A stretch of DNA of 64,000 nt from an uncultured delta proteobacterium (GTDB lineage: Bacteria; Desulfobacterota; Binatia; UBA9968). The DNA is taken from NCBI GenBank assembly GCA_963816145.1, contig CAWFJP010000004.1, positions 352,001 through 416,000 on the forward strand, given 5' to 3'. Below, piece after piece: positions 10,105-20,642 of the stretch (positions are counted from its first letter, which is position 1; each line of letters begins with the position of its first letter). The translations under genes were made by a program, and so were the position numbers. The notes below the pieces were generated by a model that had not been told where the DNA came from, made no database searches, and worked only from the letters and a program-made list of their open reading frames with translations.

Positions 10105-10875
10105 ATGCTCAAAACTTGGCTTGCCCACCCCCTCACTCGGGGCCTGAATATTGACCACCCAGAAACTACGCAACTGCGTCAGCAAATCATTCAAGAAAAG
10201 ATCTTCTTGAAACGGATTTATCAGGAATGGTATCGTGCGATCGCCGCGACTTTGCCGCCCAGTCAAGGTGCGGTACTGGAGTTGGGAGCAGGTGGGGGAT
10301 TCATGAGGGAATTTGTTCCCAACCTCATCACTTCGGAGCTTTTTTTCTGTCCGCGTATTCGAACGGTATTAGATGGGTTGCACTTGCCGTTTGCAGCCTA
10401 CTCTTTACGTGCCATCGTGATGACTAACGTACTCCATCACTTGCCAGAACCCCAGCTTTTTTTTGCCGAGGCAACTCGTTGCGTGCGGCCCGGAGGAGTA
10501 GTGGCGATGATCGAGCCGTGGGTTACTCCTTGGTCCCGATTCGTCTACAGCCGTTTACACCACGAGCCTTTTGAGCCCGAAGCGCCGTCTTGGGAGCTTC
10601 CGACCAGCGGTCCACTTTCCGGCGCAAATGACGCGATGCCATGGATTGTCTTTGTCAGAGACCGGTTGCAGTTTGAGCATGAGTTTCCGCAATGGCAAAT
10701 CGAAGTGATTAAGCCGACTATGCCTTTTCGCTATTTGCTTTCCGGCGGGGTTTCGCTACGAAGTCTCGCCCCTGGCTGGAGCTTCGAACTGTGCCGTGGG
10801 CTCGAAAATGCTCTTGGCCGGTGGAACGATCACCTGGCCATGTTTGCGCAGATTGTCGTGCGGCGTCTGGCATAA
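10105..10875 (+). CDS. Class I SAM-dependent methyltransferase
   Basis: VLELGAGGG, LPF, NVLHH, VRPGG, IEPW. Confidence 0.85.
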   Translation: MLKTWLAHPLTRGLNIDHPETTQLRQQIIQEKIFLKRIYQEWYRAIAATLPPSQGAVLELGAGGGFMREFVPNLITSELFFCPRIRTVLDGLHLPFAAYSLRAIVMTNVLHHLPEPQLFFAEATRCVRPGGVVAMIEPWVTPWSRFVYSRLHHEPFEPEAPSWELPTSGPLSGANDAMPWIVFVRDRLQFEHEFPQWQIEVIKPTMPFRYLLSGGVSLRSLAPGWSFELCRGLENALGRWNDHLAMFAQIVVRRLA

Positions 10876-11008
10876 GCCACCTCGAGGATCGTTACGTCCC
10901 CATGCTTAAATGTTCCAAAGCAGTGTTTCAGCTAGAAGCGCCATTGGCTGAACACGCAGGCATTTTGATCTATCGGCGAAACACTCTTCCAATGATCGTG
11001 TTGGTTCT

Positions 11009-12838
11009 ATGAGCATAATCTCTACGGTTAAAGAGATCGCAGGTCAAATAAAGAATCTTGGCGTTCATGAGCTTTACAGAAAAATTGTGGAGCTCGAAGG
11101 TTGTGTGGTTGAGCTCACTAAGGAGAAACAGGCTCTTGAGGAGCGAAACGAGCAGCTAAAGCATTCGTTAGAATTTCGCAAGGAAACGTGGTTGAGACGT
11201 CTGGGTCCCATCCGCCTGTTCACGCAGTGGCGAGCGTATCTAGTACCGGTCGTGGTGTGCTGTCCTAGTCTTATCTGGATTGCGCTGGATAAAACTGCCT
11301 GGCCCTGGGATCAAGCGTGGTACGCTAAAGGTTCAACCGAGCTGTTCTATACCCTAATTTATAACCCTTCGTCTTGGTGGCCTACGCTGTTAAGCGGCTT
11401 ATCCCAGAAGGCGCCTGGGATCGCTTGGTTGGGCCAATTCTTTGTACCCTTAGGTTATCTATTAGGTTCAATTGACGTGGGATTGCTGTTGTCCATCCTA
11501 GTGACTCAAGCGCTGACACTGATGCTAGTATTTAAGTCTGTCGAAGAGTTATCAGGTGGCGAGAAGTTAATTGCGATAGCGGGTTGTATCATGGTAGCTT
11601 CAGCTCCTTTATTCATCGGCCTCTCCCATCAATTCCTTGTCGAGCCGATGCAAACACTAGCGGTAGCGTGGTTTGCGTCAATTATGACTTTCGCACCAAA
11701 ATGGAACCGGGCATTCATTTTGAGTCAGCTAGTGGCCGCTACATCCTTCGCAATGTTGGCTAAAGTTAGCTCACCTTTATATTGCTGTGGACCCGGGCTG
11801 GTCGCATTGAGCTACGCCTTCAAACCCCGATTGCTGTACTCTGGTAGCGATTGGCGGCAAGGGCGCGTCATCGTGACACTAGCTTTCGGTATAGTTTTAT
11901 CTTTTGCTGGTGCTGCTTGGTATCTGCGGAATATAAAATTTGTCGTCGACTACGTGGCCCTGGCTTCAACAGGGGCCGTTGCCGAGCTTTACGGCAAGAA
12001 CGACACTTTTTTGAATTCCATGTTTTACTGGCTTGACTCCTTACAAGCGAGCTTTTTTCTGCCCAGCTTTCTTATTTTAAGCGGTGCAATCGTGGCCGGT
12101 GGGGTTGTTCGCCATCTCGTTAAACCCAATTCATCTCTCAGGTACTTTACCCTGTGCAGCGTTATAGGTTTCTTGCAGATCCTGGTCGCGCTATCAGTGT
12201 TCTCGTTCAGTTCCAATCGAGACAACCGCTACTTATTGCCTTTGCTACCGTACGTTGCGATCTTATTATGTTGGGGTCTGGTTCAAATCAACAAAATCAT
12301 AGTAACCGCGTTGGTACTTTGTACTTTTTCGATCCAGTTGGCTATGGCTCACGCAATTACCTTAAGCATAATGCCGCCGAACAACAGCATTTCATTTTGG
12401 CTGTATCCGGCGAATAAGAACAGCAGGGACGCCACGGCTTTAAATGCGCTCGTCAGCCGGACTTGTACGGACAAAAGCGAAAGCCCGGGGCGTTACTACA
12501 ACACCGTAGGGGTTGAAAAACCCTGGCTCAATCTATGGACACTCTCTTACGTCGCGGCAAAAAACTTAGCGCCTAGTAACGTGTTGAACTGTTTTTACGC
12601 CTCTCTTGGCTATGTCGAGTCCGACGCAGATAAGATATGGAAGCAGATTCTGGCTTTACAAACCCGTTACTACATCACAACAGACCCCAATTTGTATCCG
12701 ATACCGTCAGACCCGGTGGATCAGGCAATAAATCAGCTAAGTGCCCCGATCCTGGAGCGTATCCGAACGAGTGGCTTGTATGAGCAAGAACCACCTTTGC
12801 CAGAAGACCCAGGCATTCTCATCTTTCACCGGAAGTAA
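11009..12838 (+). CDS. Polytopic GT-C (ArnT/PMT-like) glycosyltransferase with N-terminal coiled-coil segment
   Basis: About 11 hydrophobic segments, WDQAWY acidic motif in the first loop, KAPG, FLVE, LAK, RYLLPLLP. Confidence 0.72.
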   Translation: MSIISTVKEIAGQIKNLGVHELYRKIVELEGCVVELTKEKQALEERNEQLKHSLEFRKETWLRRLGPIRLFTQWRAYLVPVVVCCPSLIWIALDKTAWPWDQAWYAKGSTELFYTLIYNPSSWWPTLLSGLSQKAPGIAWLGQFFVPLGYLLGSIDVGLLLSILVTQALTLMLVFKSVEELSGGEKLIAIAGCIMVASAPLFIGLSHQFLVEPMQTLAVAWFASIMTFAPKWNRAFILSQLVAATSFAMLAKVSSPLYCCGPGLVALSYAFKPRLLYSGSDWRQGRVIVTLAFGIVLSFAGAAWYLRNIKFVVDYVALASTGAVAELYGKNDTFLNSMFYWLDSLQASFFLPSFLILSGAIVAGGVVRHLVKPNSSLRYFTLCSVIGFLQILVALSVFSFSSNRDNRYLLPLLPYVAILLCWGLVQINKIIVTALVLCTFSIQLAMAHAITLSIMPPNNSISFWLYPANKNSRDATALNALVSRTCTDKSESPGRYYNTVGVEKPWLNLWTLSYVAAKNLAPSNVLNCFYASLGYVESDADKIWKQILALQTRYYITTDPNLYPIPSDPVDQAINQLSAPILERIRTSGLYEQEPPLPEDPGILIFHRK

Positions 12839-13192
12839 AGTTGGTCCGCAGCAATTACTAAATCGGTAACGGGTAAAGAACGCATGAATCAAGTCTAAGT
12901 TTATATGTTCTGCTTCGTAACGTCGACCGACCGCGATAACGCATTTCTCGACCGGATGACGAACTCGCTGAGCATGGTGCAACTCACCGAACCCGGTGAG
13001 TTCTGAGTCGATCCAATTGGGCGTCGCCATACGGGGTGTGGCGATCCGCTCTCAAATGCGTGGATTGCTCTTTGTTGGGGTGGTTTTAGATAAATAAATG
13101 GAGACCGCTAACGTGGTGGTTAATAGGCGGGTTCAAAAAAATGTTTCAAATTTCTTGCCGAATTCTCTAAAGGATTAAGGGGGGCAGTTCAA

Positions 13193-14182
13193 ATGAAAAA
13201 GGCACTCATTACAGGTATAACGGGCCAGGACGGTTCTTATCTTGCAGAATTACTTTTGGAGAAAGGGTACGAGGTTCATGGCATTGTTCGGCGAGTTGCG
13301 ATTGAAGATCCGGAGCACAGACTCTGGCGGATAAAACACATAATCGACAAGCTCGTTCTTCATGCTGCCTCGCTGGAAAGTTTTGCCAGTATTTTCAGTG
13401 TGGTGGATAAAGTACAGCCGGATGAGATTTATCATTTAGCTGCCCAAAGTTTCGTGAGCTACTCCTTCGAAGATGAGTTTTCCACAATCGGTACCAATAT
13501 CAACGGCACTCATTACATGCTCGCGGCCATGAAGGAAAGAGCGCCGCATGCGCGGTTTTATTTTGCCGCATCGAGCGAGATGTACGGCAACGCAAAAGAA
13601 ACCCCGCAAAACGAAAATACCAGTTTTCACCCGCGGTCACCGTACGGCATCTCCAAAGTGGCCGGCTTCCAACTAACGGAAAATTATCGCCACGCCTATA
13701 ATCTCTATGCTGTGAGCGGTATTTGTTTTAACCACGAGTCACCCAGAAGGGGGTTTGAATTCGTATCGAGAAAAGTCATTAATACCGTCGCTCGAATTAA
13801 ACTTGGACTGGCAAATGAACTGGTGCTGGGCAACCTCGAATCAAAGAGGGACTGGGGTTATGCGGCTGATTATGTCAGAGCCATGTGGCTGATGTTGCAA
13901 CAGAGTGAGCCGGATGACTACGTCATCGCGACCGGAGAGAGTCATTCGGTGACGGATCTAGTGCAAAACGCGTTTAAGCATGTCGGCCTCGACTATGAAA
14001 AGTATACGACCATCGATAAAAGGCTATATCGGCCATCGGAAATTTATGAATTGAGAGGGGATTACGCCAAGGCGAGGCAGAAATTGAATTGGGAGCCTTC
14101 GGTAAAGTTTGATCGGCTGATTCACATGATGGTAGACTCTGAGATCGCTTCTCTGACGGAGCGTTCATCAAAAAGAGCCTAG
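13193..14182 (+). CDS. gmd: GDP-mannose 4,6-dehydratase
   Basis: ALITGITGQDGSYLAELLL, PRSPYGISK, FNHESPRRG, KRDWG. Confidence 0.95.
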   Translation: MKKALITGITGQDGSYLAELLLEKGYEVHGIVRRVAIEDPEHRLWRIKHIIDKLVLHAASLESFASIFSVVDKVQPDEIYHLAAQSFVSYSFEDEFSTIGTNINGTHYMLAAMKERAPHARFYFAASSEMYGNAKETPQNENTSFHPRSPYGISKVAGFQLTENYRHAYNLYAVSGICFNHESPRRGFEFVSRKVINTVARIKLGLANELVLGNLESKRDWGYAADYVRAMWLMLQQSEPDDYVIATGESHSVTDLVQNAFKHVGLDYEKYTTIDKRLYRPSEIYELRGDYAKARQKLNWEPSVKFDRLIHMMVDSEIASLTERSSKRA

Positions 14183-14633
14183 AGCCAAAAATATCGGAAA
14201 GTTTTGGCTCCCTCGATTTTCTCCGAGTCCTCACCCCCCTCCGCGGTGAGATAGCGGAATTTCTTTTACATGGCAGAGATACAGAGTTCGCGGAGGCTAA
14301 GACTGTCCCCGACATGACGGTACCTGACGAATGTAGCTACAATCGATATGGAATATGGCTAGTTAGAAAGAGATCGCTATAGAGATGACAGCCGGTAGCC
14401 GAGACCTGAAAAAAAATTTGGGCCATTATCTGAGGGAAGTAAAAAGGGGCGCTCAGTTACACTCACCGAAAGAGGAAACGTCGTGGCTACTATCGTTCCG
14501 GGCCGCACAAACGCAGGCGAGAGTGTCGTGTTTTCTTGTTTGATGCTCGCGTCGCCGATGCAGCGGGAAAGCAGCTCTGCGGTTTATGAAATAGGAAAAA
14601 GCTCGGAGGAGTCGGGTGCCCTCTCGGCATAAG

Positions 14634-15638
14634 ATGATTCCCGGAGAAGAGAATAAAAAGGTTAGCATTATCGTTGTTAACTGGAATGGTGAAGGATTTC
14701 TCAATGATTGCCTGAGCGCTCTTTCCGACCAAACCTATGCTAATTACGAAATCATCCTTGTTGACAACGGCTCTTCTGACAACTCCGTCTGCCTGACCAG
14801 GGAAAAGTTTCCCCAGGTAAAGATCGCTGCGCTTAGCGAGAACAAGGGTTTCACGGGAGGTAACGCGGCCGGGCTGGAGGTCGCTCAAGGGCCATACATC
14901 GCGCTGGTCAATAATGATGCCCGCACTGACAAGACATGGCTTGAAAACCTTCTCCAGCCGATGTTGCGCGATCGGAGCATCGGTATATGCGCGTCGAAGC
15001 TCATCTTCGAGAATTCTCTAATTCTCAACAGTGCCGGCGACGGGATCACCACCGCCGCCGTCGGCTTCAATCGCGGCCTGGGTAAAGATCCTGCGTTGTT
15101 TAACGGGGCGGATTTAGTCTTTAGTGCTTGTGGAGCGGCGGTTCTCTACCGCCGCAGGATGCTCGCGGAGATCGGGTTTTTGGACGACAATTTTTTTCTC
15201 TACGACGAAGACACGGACTTGAGCTTTCGGGCGCAGCTTGCGGGTTGGAAGTGCGTCTACGTTCCGAATGCGATCGCGTTCCACAAAGCCAACGCCACCG
15301 CCGGCCGGCTAAGCGACACCCATGTTTATTATCATACCCGCAATTTGGAATTCGTCTGGATCAAAAACATGCCGCTCGGTTTGATGCTCCGATTCGCGCA
15401 CCAGAAATTCTTTCAGGAGATTGGTTCATTTTGCTACCTCTGTTTGCGGCACGGGAAGTGGACACCGTTCTTTAAGGCCAAGAGAGACGCGCTCAAAATG
15501 TTGCCCCAGATGTGGAAAGAAAGGCGGGCGATTCAGGCACGGCGGCGCGTGTCGAGCGGGTATCTCCGCTCGCTGATGACCTCCATGTTCACGTGGGATT
15601 TTGTACGGCAAAAGATTCGGCAACTAATCAAAGGTTGA
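14634..15638 (+). CDS. GT2 glycosyltransferase (WbbL/rhamnosyltransferase-like)
   Basis: VSIIVVNWNG, DNGSSD, NNDA, FLYDEDTDLSFR. ATG at 14634. Confidence 0.88.
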   Translation: MIPGEENKKVSIIVVNWNGEGFLNDCLSALSDQTYANYEIILVDNGSSDNSVCLTREKFPQVKIAALSENKGFTGGNAAGLEVAQGPYIALVNNDARTDKTWLENLLQPMLRDRSIGICASKLIFENSLILNSAGDGITTAAVGFNRGLGKDPALFNGADLVFSACGAAVLYRRRMLAEIGFLDDNFFLYDEDTDLSFRAQLAGWKCVYVPNAIAFHKANATAGRLSDTHVYYHTRNLEFVWIKNMPLGLMLRFAHQKFFQEIGSFCYLCLRHGKWTPFFKAKRDALKMLPQMWKERRAIQARRRVSSGYLRSLMTSMFTWDFVRQKIRQLIKG

Positions 15639-15728
15639 GTTCAAATATCTGCTGTTGATCTTGCCCCGCAATAGGAGCGAGCGGTCGCTAGCTTTTCGGC
15701 AACGCTTGCCAGCGATCGAATGGGACGC

Positions 15729-16800
15729 TCAGCGGCCGTTGGTCTGAACTCTTGGCGCGGCATTTGGGCGTTTCTGCATAATCGTAAAAGAATTGAATGT
15801 GGATACTGCCCCACGGGTGGCTGTTTTCAGTACGTCAAATTGATACCAGTGCCAACCTCGCGCCAAGAACACCTTTGTCACAACCAACCCATTCAGCCTG
15901 ATCTCAACTCTTTGGCAGGCAGGCCCTTTGGGGGAATTGGGAAAAACGTTGAAACGGAAATGGCAATCCCGCTCAGTGGGCAAGGTTATGACCAATTCCG
16001 ATGCCAGACCAGTGGCCCAAACCATCGACCGTTTGCTGCCGTTCCACTATTCATCGCCCGACCAACCGTAGCCTAATGATGGTCGCGCTTGAGGCGTGCC
16101 AAAGTCAAAGTTGATTATCAAGGGATCTTGCGGAGCGATGTTGTTTGCCGCCACCATCTGCGCTGCAATCTTTTTTCAGCGTAATAAAGAAAAGTGAGAG
16201 CACTGAAGCCAAGCGTTAATGCGCCCTTCCAACCGACAAGCCCGAGCCAGCTTGGGCGAATGTCATTGCCGCGCGGAATTGATTTTTTTGCGATGGCAAG
16301 CCTGTTGCCGGGCCGATAACGGCTCCGCCGACCGCGTTCCAAGTATACTGTGCGTGCCAATAAAGACGGGAAATAGCAGGTAGAATCGCCGGTCAATTAA
16401 AACTGGACTCACGGCGAGAGAGCTAACACCGAGGCCGGAGGCGAGGCCAAACGCCGGCGCGCGTACGGCCCGAAGGAGGGAAGTGGAATCGCACGTCTGG
16501 TTGTGATTACTGGGTATACTCGAGCGCTCCGGCAATTGCGCTGACGAGAACTAACACAATGAGCACCGCAACCCCGGCGGTTTTGGTGCGAACATTTAAT
16601 AATAGCCGTGCTCCGGCAGTGTTGCGTCTATGACGATTTCCACGGCGCCGTGGTCGTAGTATCCGAAAATCCCCATCAACGGCTCAAATAATGGCGCGCG
16701 CAGCACGGGACAGACAAGATGCGTTACATCGACATTAGTTGAAGACTGATAGCATAACGTTGCTTGAGTGACTAAGAGATAAAGACCCAGTGTCACGCCG
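15729..16800 (-). pseudogene. Decayed GT-C-like membrane glycosyltransferase remnant
   Basis: Short fragments in different frames: FGYYDHGAVEI followed by KPPG (GT-C loop-like), hydrophobic SPVLIDRRFYLLFPVFIG, and a C-terminal beta-sandwich-like WATGLASEL...QRVEIRLNG...GWHWY. Confidence 0.45.
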
Positions 16801-17024
16801 AACCGAGTAGGTGAACGGCGGTCTGCAGCCTAGCGGCGACTGAGCGTGCCACTCACCGCTGGGGAACGCGACGATCGCGGGAGTAGACCGCGGTGGAATT
16901 GCCTGCTATCTTCGGCATTCGGGATTGCACACTCTGCATGAATCGCGATAGCTTAAAATAGCTGTGGTCTGGATCATTCGGCAAACGATTATTATTAACG
17001 ATGACGGTCGTGCGAGGTATATGG

Positions 17025-17912
17025 GTGAACGGATTGGCATTTCTCAAAACCATTTTCGCAGTATTGGCGGCGTTGGCGTTGTGCGCTTGCGGCGGCGATG
17101 AAGCCAGACGGTTACCGGATTCTGGCTTCGCCGTCGAATTTTTGGAGAACGACATTCCCAGCACGATGACGGCCGGTAACAAACTTTTCGCTAATGTCGT
17201 TATTCGCAACATCAGCAAACAAACCTGGCCAAGCCGGCCGAACGCAAAGAATCGTAATCAAGTGAATCTTTCCTATCGCTGGAAGGACCCAAAGGGCCAA
17301 GTCTTAGTCGCGGACGGAGTGCGAACGCCGCTGCCGCGCAATCTGGCGCCGGGTGAATCCGTTCGACTGAAGATGAATATTGAGACGCCGGCACGGCCCG
17401 GGCGATATGTCATTGAAGTGACATTAGTTCAGGAGGCGGTTGCATGGTTCGACGAAAAAGGCGGCGCTGCGCTGGCGCTTCCTGTTGTCGTGTCAGAGGC
17501 AACGGCGAAGAACACAGAAAGCGAAATTACACCTACTGCGGCAAGCGCGCCGGCGCGGAGCGGCGATAAGCCAGTTAAAGTGAAACCCGCGAGCGTGAAG
17601 GTGCAGTCGAAGCAGGACGCTGCCCCTCGCGTCCCTGACAAGGCTCAAAAGGCTGTAGCGACTGCCAAGGGCACAACCGGACTATGGTTCATTCAAGTGG
17701 GCTCGTTTCCGGAACGTCACAATGCCGCAAGTGCCGCCAGAAAGTTGGGCCAGAAGGGCCACGATGTGTACGTCTTGGAGACAGAGGTCAACGGGAAAAA
17801 GCAGCAGCGAGTTGAAGTCGGTCGTTTGGCGAGCCGGGACGAGGCGGTGTCGCTGCAACAGGTATTAAAACAAAAAGAAAATTTCTCTCGGACAATCGTC
17901 GCCAAACAGTAA
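17025..17912 (+). CDS. Lipoprotein with Ig-like (NBR1/FW-type) domain and C-terminal SPOR domain
   Basis: Lipobox LCAC. N.S..TW, LSYRW, RTPLP, PGRY, VQEAVAWF Ig-like motifs. WFIQVGSF...RVEVG SPOR motif. GTG with GAGGT RBS. Confidence 0.75.
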   Translation: MNGLAFLKTIFAVLAALALCACGGDEARRLPDSGFAVEFLENDIPSTMTAGNKLFANVVIRNISKQTWPSRPNAKNRNQVNLSYRWKDPKGQVLVADGVRTPLPRNLAPGESVRLKMNIETPARPGRYVIEVTLVQEAVAWFDEKGGAALALPVVVSEATAKNTESEITPTAASAPARSGDKPVKVKPASVKVQSKQDAAPRVPDKAQKAVATAKGTTGLWFIQVGSFPERHNAASAARKLGQKGHDVYVLETEVNGKKQQRVEVGRLASRDEAVSLQQVLKQKENFSRTIVAKQ

Positions 17913-18033
17913 GCGGCCGCCAGCGACAAATTTTAGACATAACACGATTTCGCAGGTGTCGCGGCGGCGACGTGAGATGCTCAGTGCCGACCCTTGGCTG
18001 TTCAGAGTGATCTGACTGAAGTTGCTTATCCGA

Positions 18034-19164
18034 ATGAAAGTTGCTCTGATTCACGATTGGCTGGTCGGCATGCGCGGCGGCGAGAAGTGTCTGGAAGTTT
18101 TTTGCGAGCTTTATCCGGCAGCCGATCTCTACACCCTGGTTTACGCTCCGGAAAGTATTTCAGCGACGATTCGGCGCATGAATGTGCGCACTTCGTGGCT
18201 GAATCGGCTGCCCTCGGCGCGCAAATACTTTCGCTATTTGCTGCCACTTTTCCCCCAGGCCGTCGAGCAATTCGATCTCGGCGCTTATGACTTAATTCTC
18301 TCGAGTAGCCACTGTGTCGCCAAGGGCGTATTTCCCCATCGCGCGCTCCATCTCGCTTATACTCACTCGCCGATGCGCTATGTGTGGGATTTGCACGACG
18401 CTTATCTTGCCGGCACCAACGGTTCGCTCATGAACCGCGCCGGTTTGGCGCTGTTCCGTTCCTACTTGCAGCGCTGGGACGTACAGAGCACGGCGCGAGT
18501 GGATTCCTTTATTGCGAACTCGTCAAACATCGCGGCCAAGATCGAACGATTTTATGGACGGTCGGCTACCGTGATCTATCCACCGGTGGAGGTTGAGCGG
18601 TTCCATGTCGATGGTGCAGTAAGACCGTTTTACCTGGTGGTTTCGGCGCTCGTGCCCTATAAGCGAATCGATATTGCCGTCCAGGCCTTCAATGCGCTAA
18701 AACTACCGCTAAAGATTGTTGGCATGGGTCCGCTGCGCGATTGCTTGCAGAGGCAAGCTAATGCCAACATTGAATTCCTCGGCTGGCTCGACGATGGTAG
18801 ACTGGCGGACCTGTATGCAGCGTGCCAAGCGTTTATTTTTCCAGGAGAAGAGGATTTTGGTATTGCGCCTCTGGAGGCACAGGCGAGCGGCCGACCCGTG
18901 ATTGCATTCGGACGGGGTGGCTTGATGGAAACCGTTGTCGGGCTGGATGGGGCGTCATCCGAGGCGTGTCCCACGGGTATCTTTTTTGACGAACAGAATG
19001 TTGCTAGCTTAATCGCGGCGGTGCGGCTTTTTGAGCAAAACAAAGATCGATTCGCTGCCGACCCCATTCGCGAGCACGCGGGTAAGTTTGGCCGTGCCCG
19101 ATTCAAGCGGGAAATTGCCGAGCACATCGAAGAGTGTCTGCGCCAATATCGCGGTGGTTCATAA
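18034..19164 (+). CDS. GT4 glycosyltransferase (WbaZ-like mannosyltransferase)
   Basis: HDWLVGMRGGE, SSSHCVAKG, EEDFGIAPLEAQASG. Confidence 0.9.
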   Translation: MKVALIHDWLVGMRGGEKCLEVFCELYPAADLYTLVYAPESISATIRRMNVRTSWLNRLPSARKYFRYLLPLFPQAVEQFDLGAYDLILSSSHCVAKGVFPHRALHLAYTHSPMRYVWDLHDAYLAGTNGSLMNRAGLALFRSYLQRWDVQSTARVDSFIANSSNIAAKIERFYGRSATVIYPPVEVERFHVDGAVRPFYLVVSALVPYKRIDIAVQAFNALKLPLKIVGMGPLRDCLQRQANANIEFLGWLDDGRLADLYAACQAFIFPGEEDFGIAPLEAQASGRPVIAFGRGGLMETVVGLDGASSEACPTGIFFDEQNVASLIAAVRLFEQNKDRFAADPIREHAGKFGRARFKREIAEHIEECLRQYRGGS

Positions 19165-19167
19165 GCC

Positions 19168-20574
19168 ATGCTAAAAAAGCATAGTGAACTGTTTAAGGGG
19201 TTACTGCTGGCGAGCGATCTCTGCTTCGTCAGTATGGCCTGGTGGTTCGCTTTTGCGCTGCGCTTCCATTCGAGTGTTTTTGTCGAAGCGGAGCCGTATG
19301 TACTGCGTCATTACGTGATCGCGTGGCTGGTGATTCTCGGCGTGTGGGCCGTGGTTTTTGAGCTTTGCGACTTTTATCGGCCGCGCCGTTTGTCCACGCA
19401 CCAGCATGAAACCGTTGAGCTCATCAAGGCCTCCGGTCTGGCCGCGATGATCTTTTTCGGGATCATTTTTCTGCTGCGCGAATTGATTCTGTCACGTCTC
19501 GTTGTCGTGCTTTTCTGGTTTTCCAGCCTGTTTTTCCTGAGTCTAAGCCATATTTGTTTTCGCGAGGCGCTGCGAATCGCGCGCCGGCGCGGCTACAACC
19601 AGCGCTACGTTCTAATTATCGGTATGCGCGCCCAAGCCGACGCTCTGCTCGCTCGCTTCAGAGCCTATCGTTATCTCGGCTTACGGATCCGGGGAATTTT
19701 CATGCTTGATGAGGACAACGAAACGAAAATAGCTAGTGATGCTGAATGGATAAGAAGTCCAAACCAACTGGCTGATATAGTTCGAACCGGGGAAATTGAC
19801 CAGGTGTTCGTTGCCTTGCCCCTGGAACAGGCATCCAAGCTTCCGGAAATCCTAGAATGGTTGGGTGACGAACCGGTGACGTTGCATTTTGTTCCAGACT
19901 TGCATGAACTGGCGACCTTGGGCGGTCATTTTGAAGACTTCGATGGACTACAAATCGTGACTTTGCAGTCATCGCCACTCGCCGGTTGGAATGCAGCGTT
20001 GAAGCGCGCGGCCGATCTCGTGTTGGGTGGCTTGGCCCTGCTGATCTGCACGCCGGTCATGGCCGCAGTCGCGCTGGCGATTCGCTGCTCATCAAAAGGG
20101 CCGGTATTCTACCGCCAGGAGCGTATGGGGTTGGACGGCGAGCGCTTCGAGATGCTCAAGTTTCGCACTATGGTGAATGACGCCGAGCAGCATACCGGCC
20201 CAGTGTGGGCAGCCGACGACGATCCGAGGGTAACCCCTTTGGGTCGTTGGTTACGGCATTGGAGCTTTGATGAATTACCACAACTGATCAATGTCTTGCG
20301 CGGTGAGATGAGTCTGGTCGGGCCGCGTCCGGAACGGCCCCCGTTGATCGCCGAGTTTCGTAAGACGATCCCCAAGTATATGCTGCGCCAGAAAGTGAAA
20401 GCCGGCATGACCGGCTGGGCGCAAATTCATGGCTGGCGTGGTAATACTTCCTTAGCGACCCGGATCGAATACGATCTCGACTATATCGAGCACTGGTCCT
20501 TGTGGCGCGATCTCAAAATCCTCGTGCTTACGGTCCTTGGTGGCTTCCGCAACGGCCGGGTGCGCCATTCGTAA
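19168..20574 (+). CDS. Undecaprenyl-phosphate glucose phosphotransferase (WcaJ/WbaP family)
   Basis: N-terminal TM helices, KFRTM, DELPQL, GEMSLVGPRPE, GMTGWAQ. Confidence 0.92.
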   Translation: MLKKHSELFKGLLLASDLCFVSMAWWFAFALRFHSSVFVEAEPYVLRHYVIAWLVILGVWAVVFELCDFYRPRRLSTHQHETVELIKASGLAAMIFFGIIFLLRELILSRLVVVLFWFSSLFFLSLSHICFREALRIARRRGYNQRYVLIIGMRAQADALLARFRAYRYLGLRIRGIFMLDEDNETKIASDAEWIRSPNQLADIVRTGEIDQVFVALPLEQASKLPEILEWLGDEPVTLHFVPDLHELATLGGHFEDFDGLQIVTLQSSPLAGWNAALKRAADLVLGGLALLICTPVMAAVALAIRCSSKGPVFYRQERMGLDGERFEMLKFRTMVNDAEQHTGPVWAADDDPRVTPLGRWLRHWSFDELPQLINVLRGEMSLVGPRPERPPLIAEFRKTIPKYMLRQKVKAGMTGWAQIHGWRGNTSLATRIEYDLDYIEHWSLWRDLKILVLTVLGGFRNGRVRHS

Positions 20575-20642
20575 TCGATAGCGGGATGTGGTTTGCGCGC
20601 AGAGGGGGCAACGCGCGCTCTTGTCGGAGAGTCCGCGCAATA

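Noticed and set aside
12839-13192. Gene or RNA in the intergenic gap before gmd
   Set aside because: Only short ORFs with no recognisable motif or convincing structure.
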